DNA of 64,000 bases from Candidatus Latescibacterota bacterium (GTDB lineage: Bacteria; Latescibacterota; CBDEFO01). The notes under the pieces were generated by a model that was not told the DNA's origin, did no database searches, and saw only the letters and a program-made list of their open reading frames with translations. The stretch's first letter is position 1, and every line of letters begins with the position of its first letter. Shown piece by piece: positions 32,602 to 44,462 of this stretch. A program made the position numbers and the translations under genes. The stretch spans positions 192,001 through 256,000 of the forward strand of contig CBDEFO010000008.1 of the NCBI GenBank assembly GCA_965237525.1, given 5' to 3'.

Positions 32602-34935
32602 ATGCACAGCTTCTCAAGAATCTCTCTGGCGATCACAGCTATCCTGACAGCGCTTTTTGGGGCTTTCCCCTCTTCTGCTCAACAGCCGGTCACCAGTGCC
32701 CGCGCCTTGGGGATGGGAGAGACCTTCCTGGCGATAGCTGACGATGGAAACGCGCTGTTCTACAATCCCGCAGGACTGCCCTCTTTGGGGCACCATGAGA
32801 TTGTCAGCGGATACGCCGATCTGTTCGGGATCGGGATAACGAACAACACGATAGGATATGTCTTCCCTGTAGATAACAACTATGCCCTTGGGTTCAACTG
32901 GGGACACCTGAGCTTTGAGGATCCCGAATTAGATTATAAGAAGGACAACTTCAAGTTATCCTACGGGCATAGGGTCTGGAAGGAACTTTCCTTTGGATCT
33001 GCTTTAAGATATATCACCACAGATATGATCCTGGACTCAAACTCGTTGGGGAAAGCCTCTGGATGGGGGATAGATATGAGTTTTCTGTATGCTCCGGTCA
33101 AGTGGCTTAAATTGGGGATGGTGGTGCAGGATGTGACAGATACAGAGGTGCAGTATGATGACGGGGGGACTGAGGTGATTGATCCCAGATCGTTCCAGTT
33201 CGGGACGGCCTATCGGCCGATAGACGATCTGACGGTGGCCCTGGATGTGGACGATCAACTCCATTTCGGCGGGGAGTATTGGCTCAGTGATAATATGTTG
33301 GGACTGAGAGGCGGCCTGCAGAAGGATCTGGATACCTCTGAGCCGATGACGTATTCGGGCGGAGCGAGCATCCGCTATAAGCTGTTCCAGTTCGACTACG
33401 CCTATGTCATACCGCCGACGTTGCCCTCCAGCCATCGCTTCTCCCTATCTCTCTCCTTCAACCTGTATCCTTCGATGGTGCGGATCACGGAGACAGAGAT
33501 CAATAACCTGTTCCCAGCGTTCCACAAGCGGTATGGCGTGCATCCACTGGGGAATGTGAAATTGGTCAACAGGGACGATAAGCCCTATCAAACTACGGTA
33601 AGCTTCTATATCCCCAAGTTGATGGATGCCCCTACAGAACAGCAGGTTATAATCCGGCCGAAGGAGACGAAGGAGGTTGGGGTTAAAGGGGTCTTTTCCA
33701 GTTCCGTCACCGATTTGACCGAGGATATACTGACGCAGGCGGAAGTCAGGGTCTCCTATACGACAGAGCGCAGGATGAGGTCGGACAGGGAGTCGGCCAG
33801 TTTCTATGTCTACAGTCGCAATGCGACTACCTGGGACGATGTGGGGAAGGCGGCGGCCTTTATCACATCCAATGACCCGATCATAGCTGGATTCGCTCGG
33901 CCCACCTTGGTCTCGTTCGAGGAGGAGATCAAGAACCTGGGGCGTGGCGGTAGGAATCTGATGAGGGCGATGGTGCTCTTCGATTCGGTGAACGAGTACG
34001 GGGTGCGCTACATCGCCGATTCCAACAATCCCTACTCCCGGGTATCTGCGGACAAATCCGCTGTGGACAACATTCAGTATCCTGTCGAGGTGTTGAGGAA
34101 GAAGTCGGGGGACTGCGACGATCTCACTGTGCTCTATTGCGCTCTTTTGGAGAACGTCGGTATTCCCACGGCGTTAGTGGATGCCCCTGGACACATCTAT
34201 ATGATGTTCGACAGCGGTGTTCCTATCCAAAAGGCTTACAGTCTCCCTATAGGCGAGAAACTGTATGTGGTGCGGGACGGCAATATTTGGATCCCTGTGG
34301 AGATCACCTTGTTCGGGAAATCTTTTATCGAGGCCTAGCGGTCCGGGGCAGGTGAATCCGCACGTCTCTTAGAGGAGGACAGGCTCAGGGTCGTGGACAC
34401 TTCGGATGCGTGGCAGGAGTATGAACCTTCCCCTCCTAAATTTGAGGGGGAGATTTCCGTGCCAACCAAGGAGCATATAAAGGGAGTTTTCTCCTCAGAT
34501 CGGTCGGGCTTGAAGGAGATGATGAATGCCTTTATAGAGCGCACCCACCTTGGGCCTCTGGGCGAGAGTCCAGAAGATTTTGATCTGCAATTTAACCTTG
34601 CCAAGATCTACACAGCGATCCGAGAGTACGACCGTTCGATCTCCGAATATCAACTGCTTTTGGAGTCAGGTGCGGATCCTGCTCGGGTATATAACAATAT
34701 AGGGAGACCCTACTTTTTGATAGGACAAGTAAGGGATGCGGCTGAAAGCTTCAAGCGGGCTATGGACTTGGATCCGGCCGATGAGGGGATCAAGAACAAC
34801 TTCGAGCTGGCAATTTCCTTTTTGGGGGATGAAGAGCGGATAGCATTTGCAAGAGAGATCGGCGTAGTCGTGCCTGAGGGGCTGAAGGCAGCCGACTTTG
34901 AGGTGGATGAGGAGAGTTTCTACTGGAGGGAGTAG
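32602..34935 (+). pseudogene. PorV/PorP-like beta-barrel fused to transglutaminase-like and TPR domains; internal TAG at 34336-34338
   Basis: ARALGMGE...DGNALFYNPAGL; GDCDD...GHIY...WIPVE; frame continues through the TAG into ORF 34393..34935. Confidence 0.8.
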
Positions 34936-35159
34936 GGATCGCTGATCACTGTCGATAATAGGAGCAAGAGATGCACAGGGACATTTGTCGGATAACAACG
35001 CTAACAGCTATCATCGCCATTGTCCTCGACGCTGCACCTGCAATGACTGGAGAGTGGGATAAGTTCACAACGGAAGACGGTCTGGCGGACAATGTGGTCT
35101 ATTCGATTTTGGAAGATAGCGGGGGCGATTTGTGGTTTGGAACCGCTGCAGGTGTTAGT

Positions 35160-36461
35160 GGTTATTTATCAAATGAAATCGGTGCACTTCTCTTTCGATC
35201 TTTGATTGATCTTGAATGATAGGTTTTCGACAATCTTTGGTTTCTGTTCTTTTTCAAAATGGATGTATAATTGTTCTTCTTTTAGGTTCCATTCAGCCAG
35301 GACAAAGTAGTTGGTGTAAGAGGAGGGAAGAGATACTTTCTCATTTAGGACATCGATAAAGGCTTTATCTGTCTGTTCTGTGTCCTGTTTGACTTGTCTG
35401 ATAAAATAGGTCTTGGGAATGAAATCTTTCTCGTTTGACTTCTCTTGCTTAGGTGGACGGTAGCCGGTGTATCTCTGTGATGAAAGATTAAACCATTCTA
35501 ACTTCTGATCAACTTCTTGTAAGCTTTTGAACTGAATTCTGTTCCAGAACTTCCTTGAAAATACAGAATTGTTGCCTTCTATAGATGCTTGAGAAAAGGG
35601 CCTTCTGGGAACGGCAAATATCGGAATCACTTGATTTTTCAAGAGAAACTGCATTGCTTTGCTGACATTCCTTTTACCTGAAACACTGCCAATAGTCGCC
35701 GAGCAATTGTCCACCTTAACGAAATCTGGTTTTTCAAACCTGTCAAAGAAAGACTGACACTTCTCGATAAAGTTAGTTGCTGTTTGACCGTCAACCCGCC
35801 GAAAATACCTTAACTTAGGCTCTTTCTTAAAGGAAAATCCAACGAAGTTGACCGGCTCAGTTCTGCCGGTAAGATACTTTTTACCAATAAAGTCTGATTC
35901 TAGGACTCTGCCTCCTGAAAGATAGTAAATGGTATACTCTGGATAACAAAGATAACGAGATGCACCCTTGTTTTTACCTTTCTTCCTTCTCTGGGAAAGT
36001 CCTAAATCTGAAAGCATTCTGCCGATAGTCGGCAACGACGGAGGAGGGGTGCTAGAATATCGATTCCTCCATTCTTGTTCAATAACAGTGGCTCCTGAAT
36101 AGAACTGATAAGGATCGTCCTCTAAGCTATGGTAAATCTCTTTGATTCTCTGTTCGTCAACTTTAGCCAATTTTCGCCTTTTTCCTTTTGGCCAACCCCG
36201 ATTATCTATGGCAAAATCCTGATCCGGAGATTTAGTCCAAGCTGTAACGAAATCATTGGAAACTCTCGCTTGTTTGATAACTTCTCGCTTTGACATTTCT
36301 TTCTTAAAATACATCTCGTTGACTTCTTGTCTTAATACGGCCAATCTCTCTTTGTCCATAGGACTCCGTAGATTAAAGTTAAGACAATCAACTCAACTTA
36401 ATCTACTAATACTCTAAACAAAGATCAAATTAGGTGCACCGATTTCATTTGATATTCAACC
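35160..36461 (-). mobile_element. 1302-bp IS with rve-type transposase, copy A
   Basis: ~27-bp imperfect IRs GGTT..TATCAAATGAAATCGGTGCA; 6-bp duplication GTTAGT. Confidence 0.92.
35169..36359 (-). CDS. DDE integrase-like transposase (IS481-like, family uncertain)
   Basis: ESD / VDN / SIE acidic triad; stop codon lies inside the IR. Confidence 0.8.
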   Translation of the reverse strand: MDKERLAVLRQEVNEMYFKKEMSKREVIKQARVSNDFVTAWTKSPDQDFAIDNRGWPKGKRRKLAKVDEQRIKEIYHSLEDDPYQFYSGATVIEQEWRNRYSSTPPPSLPTIGRMLSDLGLSQRRKKGKNKGASRYLCYPEYTIYYLSGGRVLESDFIGKKYLTGRTEPVNFVGFSFKKEPKLRYFRRVDGQTATNFIEKCQSFFDRFEKPDFVKVDNCSATIGSVSGKRNVSKAMQFLLKNQVIPIFAVPRRPFSQASIEGNNSVFSRKFWNRIQFKSLQEVDQKLEWFNLSSQRYTGYRPPKQEKSNEKDFIPKTYFIRQVKQDTEQTDKAFIDVLNEKVSLPSSYTNYFVLAEWNLKEEQLYIHFEKEQKPKIVENLSFKINQRSKEKCTDFI

Positions 36462-36656
36462 GTTAGTCGCTACAATGGGACGTGGACGACCTTCACCACA
36501 GAAGATGGTCTTGCGGGCGATGACGTCGTTTCCATCTTGGAGGATAGTGGGGGCAACCTGTGGTTTGGAACCGGTACGGGCGCGAGCCGTTATAATGGAG
36601 AGAGGTGGACAAGCTACACCAGTTCAAATGGTCTGACGAATAACCTGGTCTATTCG

Positions 36657-37427
36657 ATCTTGGAGGATACCGAGGGCAGCCTGTGGTTCGGAACTAACGG
36701 AGGTGCAAGCCGCTTTGATGGGACGTGGACGACCTTTACGGTGACAGATGGTCTGGCGGACAATGCGGTCAACGCAATCTTGGAGGATACTAAAGGCAAC
36801 CTGTGGTTCGGAACTAACGGAGGTGCAAGCCGCTTTGATGGGACGTGGACAACCTTTACGGTGACAGATGGCCTGGCGGACAACACGGTCAACGCAATCT
36901 TGGAGGATACTAAAGGCAACCTGTGGTTCGGAACTAACGGAGGTGCAAGCCGCTTTGATGGGACGTGGACGACCTTTACGGTGGCAGACGGCCTGGCGGA
37001 CAACACGGTCAACGCAATCTTGGAGGATACTAAAGGCAACCTGTGGTTCGGAACTAACGGAGGTGCAAGCCGCTTTGATGGGACGTGGACGACCTTTACG
37101 GTGGCAGACGGTCTGGCGGACAACACGGTCAACGCAATCTTGGAGGATACTAAAGGCAACCTGTGGTTCGGAACTAACGGAGGTGCAAGCCGCTTTGATG
37201 GGACGTGGACGACCTTTACGGTGGCAGACGGTCTGGCGGACAACACGGTCAACGCAATCTTGGAGGATACTAAAGGCAACCTGTGGTTCGGAACTAACGG
37301 AGGTGCAAGCCGCTTTGATGGGACGTGGACGACCTTTACGGTGGCAGACGGTCTGGCGGACAACACGGTCAACGCAATCTTGGAGGATACTAAAGGCAAC
37401 CTGTGGTTCGGAACTAACGGAGGTGCG
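36657..37427 (+). repeat. 120-bp coding tandem repeat, ~6.4 near-identical units
   Basis: ATCTTGGAGGATAC recurs every 120 bp. Confidence 0.95.
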
Positions 37428-40400
37428 AGTAGTTACGATGGGAAAAGGTGGACGCTCTACAAAGCTGCAGAAGATGGGCTGGGGGGAAATTGGGTCAATT
37501 CCATCGTACAAGATAGTGTGGATAACTTGTGGTTTGGGATTGGCGGGGATGTAAGGCGCGGAGGCGGCGGTGTAAGCCGCTATGATGAGATATGGACAAT
37601 CTTCAGCAAAGCTGACACCTTGGCGGACAATGAAGTCTGGACGAGCCTAAAGGATAGCCAGGGTAACTTGTGGTTTGGAACCAATGAAGGCGTCAGGCTT
37701 TATGATGGTGAAATGTGGACGGAATTCACCGAAAGCAACACAGATGTCGGCTTGGCAGACAATGTGGTGAATTCGATCTTGGAGGATAGTGAGGGGAACC
37801 TCTGGTTTGGAACTAAGGGAGGCGCAAGTCGCTACGATGGGACGTGGACAACTTACACGATATCAGATGGGCTGGCTGACAACTGGGTCAGTGCGATCTT
37901 GGAGGATAGCAAGAGAAACTTGTGGTTTGGAACTAAGGGAGGAGTTACCCGCTATGATGGGACGTGGATGAGCTTCACCACAGAGGACGGGCCGGCTGAC
38001 AACTGGGTTAAGGCAATCTTGGAGGATAGCAAGAGAAACTTGTGGTTTGGAACTGAAAGAGGAGTTACCCGCTACGATGGGACGTGGATGAGCTTCACCA
38101 CAGAGGACGGGCTGGCTGACAACTGGGTCACTTCGATTCTGGAGGACAGAGAAGGCGGCTTGTGGTTTGGAACTAATGGTGGAGGCGTCAGCCGCTATGA
38201 CGGGGAGAGATGGAGGACCTTCAACGTTGAAGATGACCTGGCAGACAATGTGGTCTGGACGATCCTGGAGGATAATGACGGTAACCTGTGGTTCAGTGGT
38301 GTGGGAGGGACAAGTAGATACAGAGTTGACAGGACGCCGCCGGACACGTTTATCTCCGAAGGTCCAGACGGCACGATCGGCGTCGGACAGGTTTTCTTCC
38401 AATATCGCGGGGGTGATAGATTCTTGCCAGACGAAGAAGTGCAGTATGCGTATGTCACCAAGAAGGATGGGGACAAGCCTGCAAGAGCCGATTGGTCCAG
38501 CTTTTCAGATATCACCTCTACCCTCACAGATCCGCTCCCCAGTGGAACCTACACTTTCTACGTTCGGACAGTGGACGAAGTTGGAAACATAGATCCCTCT
38601 CCCGCCGAAAGAACATTCACTGTGGATTTAACCCCGCCGATAGTGGGGATCAGTTCCCCATCGAGCAACGAAATTATTCATGGTAATGTAAACATTCGGG
38701 GCTCGGCCTTTGACAACTCCGATGTCCCCGATTTTACGAGCTATACGTTGGAATATGGGAGTGGCTCGGATGAGGACAAGATATCAGAATGGCTCAGGAT
38801 AAGGGATAGCGCGGTGAAGCCTGTCGTAAATGACCTTTTAGGCATGTGGGACACCGAGGGGCTATTCGGCACCTATGTTCTCCGGCTTAGAGCTGTGGAC
38901 GGCTTCGATCACAGGAGCAAGTTTGCCATCACCATCCACGTGGTTGCGGCAGCCGTTGAGGTAGATCACAGTAGTGGAGGACATATCACCGATTCAGCGA
39001 GCAAGGTGGATCTCTACATTCCCCCCAATAGTATTCCCAAGAGCACGCAGGTGACAATCACTCGCGTTGCGCTTGAAGGTGTCGCAAAGCCCTCTGCTCT
39101 GAATTTGCGCCTTATTGGGATGGCATACGATATCGGTCCGAAGGATCTTGCGGTCCTGAAACCTGCAACCTTTACGATATTCCTCAATGAAGACGACATA
39201 CAGGACGTGCCATATCTTCGGAAGTTGGCAATCTTTACCCGGTCATCTGTGGACAGTCCCTGGGAGAGAATCGGCGGCACGGTCGATGAGAGGACGGGGA
39301 GGATCACAGTAGCCCTCACACACTTTGGGAGATTTGCATTGATGGAGGATCTTTCTGCGGATGAGGGGAGTCTGTCCATTTCGGATGTGAACTGTCAGCC
39401 GAGGGTCTTTTCTCCAAAGGGAGGCGGCTACGATACCAAGACCACGATATCCTTTAATCTTGGAAGAAGGTCAGCGGTTACAGTGAAGGTTTACGATGTC
39501 TCAGGACGTTTTAAAAGGAAGTTGGTAGAGGACAGGGAAATGAATCGGGGGAGCAATGCGGTGGAATGGGATGGCAGGGATCATGAAGCGGAGGTAGTAG
39601 TAAGTGGACTCTATGTTGTGGCTGTGCAAGCTGATGGGAAGGTGGAAACTAAGACAGTGGGGGTGTTAAATAAGTGATTTCGGAACTGTGCATGCTCAAG
39701 GAACGAGGTCACAGGCAGTTGCTTTCTCGAATAGCTCTAACTGTGGTCATAGCTATTCTCCTCTACGCCACACCGGCAAGGGCACAAAGGTGGACCACCT
39801 ACACCACAGCAGATGGTCTCGCGGGAAATTCAGTCGGCGCGATCTTGGAGGATAGTGATAGCAACCTTTGGTTTGGGACTTCAGAGGGAGGTGTGAGTCG
39901 CTATGACGGGACGTGGACTACCTTCACCACAGCAGATGGCCTGACCAACAACTCGGTCAATGCGATCTTGGAGGATAGTGATAGCAACCTTTGGTTTGGC
40001 ACCGATATGGGGGTGAGCCGATATGATGGGTCGTGGACAACTTTCACCACAGAAGATGGCTTGGCGGGCGATGACGTCATTTCCATCTTGGAGGATACTG
40101 AGGGAAACCTGTGGTTTGGAACTGGTACGGGCGCGAGCCGCTATGATGGAGAGAGGTGGACAACTTACACTACATCAGATGGCCTGACGAATGACTTGGT
40201 CCATGCGATCTTGGAGGATACTAGGGGCAGCCTATGGTTTGCAACTAATGGAGGTGTAAGCCGCTTTGATGAGACGTGGACAACCTTTACGGTGACAGAT
40301 GGTCTGGCGGACAATGCGGTCTATTCGATCTTGGAGGATACTAAGGGCAATCTGTGGTTCGGAACTAACGGAGGTGCAAGCCGCTTTGATGGGACGTGGA

Positions 40401-42237
40401 CGACCTATACCGTGACCGATGGTCTGGCGGACAACAGGGTCAACGCAATCCTGGAAGATAGCGAGGGCAATTTGTGGTTTGGAACTGAGGGTGGTGCAAG
40501 CCACTATGATGGGTACAGGTGGAAGACCTACCGCACATCAGATGGCCTGGCAAACAACTTGGTCTTAACGATCTTGGGGGACAGCGAGGGCAATTTGTGG
40601 TTTGGAACTGGTGGGGGAGGAGTGAGCCGTTATAATGGGACGTGGACAACCTACGCTACAGCAGATGGCCTGGTGGACAATGGGGTCAGTGCAATTTTGG
40701 AGGATAGTGAGGGTAACTTGTGGTTTGGAACCGGTACCGGCGTGAGCCGCTTTGATGGGGACGAGTGGACGACCTACACCGCTGAAGATGGCTTGGCGCA
40801 CAACAGCGTTAATGCGATCTTGGAGGACAGAGAGGGGAGCTTGTGGTTTGGAACTAAAGGGGGCGTAAGCCGCTTTGATGGGGAAAGGTGGACAACCTAC
40901 ACCAGAACACAGATGGCCTAGCGGGCAACTGGGTCGAGGCAATCTTGGAGGATAGTGCAGGCAACCTGTGGTTTGGAACTGGTGGGGGAGGCGTGAGCCG
41001 CTTTGATGGGACGTGGGCGACCTACACTGCGACAGATGGTCTGGCGGACAACGTGGTCAATGCGATCTGGGAAGACAGTGAGAGCAACCTGTGGTTCGGA
41101 ACTGTGTCTGGCGTGAGCCGCTATGACGGAGAGCAATGGACAACCTTCACCACAGCAGATGGCCTGGCGGACGATGAAGTCAATGCGATCTTGGAGGATA
41201 GTGACGGCAACCTGTGGTTTGGAACCGGAGGAGGTGTAAGCCGCTTTGACTTGGGACATGGACAACCTATACCGTGACCGATGGGCTGGCACATAATGCG
41301 GTCAACGGCATCTTAGAGGATAGTAAAGGCAACCTGTGGTTTTTGAATGGACTTGCCGACAGAGGTGCAACACGATATGGAAGTGACAGGATACCTCCAA
41401 ACACTTTCATCTTAGATGGACCAGAAGGAATAGTCGGCACCCCACAGGCTTTCTTCCAATATAGCGGCGGTGACAGGTTTTCCCCAGGGACAGATGTGCA
41501 ATATGCTTATGCCATCAAGAGCAATCGGGATAGGCCTACTGAAGGCGATTGGTCAAACCTTTCACATTTTACCTCCCACCTTACAGATCCCTTCCCAAGC
41601 GGAACCTACACATTCTATGTAAGGTCGGCGGACAAAGCGGGAAACATCGATCCTACTCCCGCCAAAATGACCTTCACTGTGGATTTGACCCCGCCGATGG
41701 TGATGATAAATTCTCCATCCAATGACGAGATCATTCATGGGCAGGTAAACATCCTGGGCTCGGCTTTCGACAACTCCGATATTCCCGATTTTGAAAGCTA
41801 TGCGTTGGAATACGGGAGTGGATCGGATGAAAACAAGATCCTAGAATGGCGGACTATTAGGGAAGCTATGGAGCCTGTAAGGAGCCTTCTGGGCGTGTGG
41901 GACACCGAAGGGCTATTCGGCACCTATGTCCTCAGGCTCAGAGCTGTGGACGGCTTCGATCATCGGAGCAAGGACGTTATTACCGTCCACGTCGTTGCGG
42001 CAGCCGAGGTCGTGGATCCCCGTCGTGGGGGGCATATTACTGATGCGGTAAGCACGGTGGACCTCTACATCCCCCCCAACGGTATTTCCAAAAGCACCCA
42101 GGTGACGATCACTCCCGTTGCGATTGAGAGTATGACGAATCTGTCTGCTCCGAACGTACAGCTTATTGGGATGGCCTATGACATCGGTCCGCAGGGTCTT
42201 GAACTCTTGAAGCCCTCAACCTTTACGATGTCTCTTT

Positions 42238-42258
42238 CCCCTATAGAATCAATCGGGG
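42238..42258 (+). repeat. 21-bp palindrome (copy e), in-frame in coding sequence
   Basis: Encodes SPIESIG, absent from the paralog. Confidence 0.9.
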
Positions 42259-42358
42259 ATCAGGATAACATAGGGGAGTTGCCAGATCTCGGGAAATTGG
42301 CAATCTTTACTCAGTTATCTGAGGACAGTCTTTGGGAGAGGGTCGGCGGCACAGTCCT

Positions 42359-42390
42359 CCCCGATAGAATCAATCGGGGATCAATCGGGG
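42359..42390 (+). repeat. 21-bp palindrome plus half copy (copy f), in-frame in coding sequence
   Basis: Encodes LPDRINRGSIG, absent from the paralog. Confidence 0.9.
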
Positions 42391-42804
42391 ATCAGGGGGC
42401 GAGGAAGATCGCAGTAGCCCTCACACACTTTGGGAGATTTGCATTGATGGAGGATCTTTCTGATAAACAGGGGAGTCTTTCCATTTCGGATGTGAACTGC
42501 CAGCCGAGGGTCTTTTCTCCAAAGGGAGGCGGATACGACACCAAGACCACGGTATCCTTTCATCTTGGAAGAAGGTCAGCGGTTACAGTGAAGGTCTACG
42601 ATGTTTCTGGACGATTCAAGAGAAAGTTGGTCGAGGACAGGGAAATGAATCGAGGTAGCAATGCTGTCGAGTGGGACGGGAAGGATCATGAGGGAGATGT
42701 AGTGGTAAGTGGACTCTATGTGGTGGCTGTGGAGGCTGATGGGAAGGTGGAGACTAAGACAGTGGGGGTGTTGAATAAGTGATTTCATTTCAGGTCATTC
42801 TAGT

Positions 42805-43509
42805 TTAGTAGATCACCTCCTCCTGCTCGGTTCTGGCCATTTTCCCCTCGTAAAGCGATATAACCTCCCGGCTTAATGAACGCGCCTGAGAGGGATCGTG
42901 TGTTGTGAAAATGACGGTAGTATTCTCCTGCTCGTTTATATCCCTCATGAGTTCCTCTATGATATGGACGTTCTTGCTGTCTACGTTGGCGGTCGGCTCA
43001 TCTAAGAACAACACCTGAGGGCGCGCACAGATGGCCCTTGCGATCGCCGCCCTCTGTATCTCTCCTCCAGAAAGAGTTTGAGCCGCCCTCTTTTCAAAGC
43101 CTGAAAGCCCTACCATCGCAAGACACTTTGATACTCTCTCCTCTATGACATCTCCTGAAGTCTTGCGCACCTTCAATCCGTAAGCTACGTTCTTGAATAG
43201 AGTCCCCCGAAACAGAAATGGATTTTGCGCCACCAGTGTCATCAGGTTCCTGTATTCTGTCAGCTTCCCGTGGGATTTGTACACATCCTGCGACTCAAAA
43301 AGTATCTTCCCTTTAGTAGGTCGAAGGAGTAGACTCAGAATATGCAGAAATGTCGTCTTTCCCGACCCGTTGGGTCCCACAATAGCATATATCCCTCCTC
43401 TTTCGAACGAGAGATACGGAATATAGAGCCTGAAGCCCTGTGGATATGCCTTTTCAAACTCGTGAAGCTCGATTATCCCGTTCTGGACTCCTTTAGAAGT
43501 GGACGCCAC
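42805..43509 (-). CDS. tupC: Tungstate ABC transporter ATPase
   Basis: GPNGSGKT, LSGGE, LDEPTANVD; operon context. Confidence 0.82.
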   Translation of the reverse strand: MASTSKGVQNGIIELHEFEKAYPQGFRLYIPYLSFERGGIYAIVGPNGSGKTTFLHILSLLLRPTKGKILFESQDVYKSHGKLTEYRNLMTLVAQNPFLFRGTLFKNVAYGLKVRKTSGDVIEERVSKCLAMVGLSGFEKRAAQTLSGGEIQRAAIARAICARPQVLFLDEPTANVDSKNVHIIEELMRDINEQENTTVIFTTHDPSQARSLSREVISLYEGKMARTEQEEVIY

Positions 43510-43524
43510 CTTTTCTATCCTAAT

Positions 43525-43633
43525 GTAGGGGCGAACCCATGTGTTCGCCCAATAGAGACAAGGTATCCTGCAAAATCAATGTAAGGGCAGGGTCACCCCA
43601 CGGATCAGGGCAGACACACGGGTCTGCCCCTAC
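43525..43633. repeat. GTAG-type REP inverted pair
   Basis: GTAGGGGCGAACCCATGTGTTCGCCC ... GGGCAGACACACGGGTCTGCCCCTAC. Confidence 0.8.
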
Positions 43634-43647
43634 GACTGTCTACTTAT

Positions 43648-44340
43648 CTACGTCCCTTTGGACTGATAGTAGTGGAAAAGAAGATTTAGGGAAAAAGCCA
43701 CGCAAAGGAGCACTATTCCCAGCGCTATTCCGAATCCGAACTCGCCCTTGCTGGTCTCTAAAGCTATCGCCGTAGTCATTGTTCTTGTACTTCCCCTGAT
43801 ATTCCCGCCAAGCATCATAGCCGAACCGACCTCCGCGATCACCCTCCCGAATCCTGCTACGACCGCCGCTATGACGGAGAACTTAGCCTCACTGAGGACA
43901 GCCAGTGTCGCTTGAAACTCGCTCGCTCCCAAAGTTAGAGCCGTGGGCATTACCCTTTTGTCTATTCCCTGCGCCGCAGATAGAGAAAGAGCAGTTATTA
44001 TGGGCGTCGCTAAGATGAAACCCCCGATTACTATAGCTGTGGGAGTATATAAGAGTCCAAGAGATCCGAGCGGACCTCTTCGGGAGATCAGCGCATAGAT
44101 AGTCAGCCCTATAACCACTGTCGGAAGCGCCATGAGCGTGTTTAGGACCGTTACGACAGCGCGCTTTCCCCAGAAATTCCTCACTCCGATGACCAAACCC
44201 AGTGGCACACCCACAACACAGGCAAGAAGAGTGGCAGCAGACGATACCTTCAAAGAGACAAGAACCACATCGAATGTCTCCCCATCCAGCGATAAGATGA
44301 GCCAAAGGGCGCGTCGAATGCCTTCAGATATATAATCCAA
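43648..44340 (-). CDS. tupB: Tungstate ABC transporter permease
   Basis: LPTVVIGL, SRRGPLG, GFGRVIAEVG, GGNIRGSTR, ETSKGEF. Confidence 0.92.
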   Translation of the reverse strand: MDYISEGIRRALWLILSLDGETFDVVLVSLKVSSAATLLACVVGVPLGLVIGVRNFWGKRAVVTVLNTLMALPTVVIGLTIYALISRRGPLGSLGLLYTPTAIVIGGFILATPIITALSLSAAQGIDKRVMPTALTLGASEFQATLAVLSEAKFSVIAAVVAGFGRVIAEVGSAMMLGGNIRGSTRTMTTAIALETSKGEFGFGIALGIVLLCVAFSLNLLFHYYQSKGT

Positions 44341-44422
44341 CCTTTGTCTCCAGGGTCATCCACGAAGCGAAGCTTAGCCACAAAGACACAAAACCTCAAA
44401 CCTTAATATGTTTGGACCTTGT

Positions 44423-44443
44423 CCCCGATTGAATCTATCCGGA
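44423..44443 (-). repeat. 21-bp palindrome (copy g, degenerate)
   Basis: CCCCGATTGAATCTATCCGGA inside an AGCCAC...GTGGCT hairpin. Confidence 0.75.
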
Positions 44444-44462
44444 TTTGGTGGCTGAAGCGCCT

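Larger units (their letters stand above)
34971..39677 (+). pseudogene. Secreted Reg_prop-type propeller protein with Ig, ZU5-like and FlgD-Ig CTD, interrupted by an IS
   Basis: Removing the IS and one GTTAGT gives in-frame AAGVS-RYNGTW joining ORF 34971 to ORF 36537. Confidence 0.9.
39674..42782 (+). pseudogene. Second propeller/Ig/ZU5-like/FlgD-Ig CTD paralog with two frameshifts (~40905, ~41250)
   Basis: Repeat pattern continues across ORFs 39674, 40888 and 41274; C-terminus near-identical to the previous gene. Confidence 0.88.

Noticed and set aside
36624..37554. Alternative-frame repeat proteins
   Set aside because: By-products of the 120-bp tandem repeat.
40888..41277. Programmed frameshifting or phase variation
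   Set aside because: No slippery run or homopolymer at either shift, and the shifts do not compensate.
34971..42782. Hybrid two-component sensors
   Set aside because: Propeller repeats are present but there is no TM helix, kinase or receiver domain.
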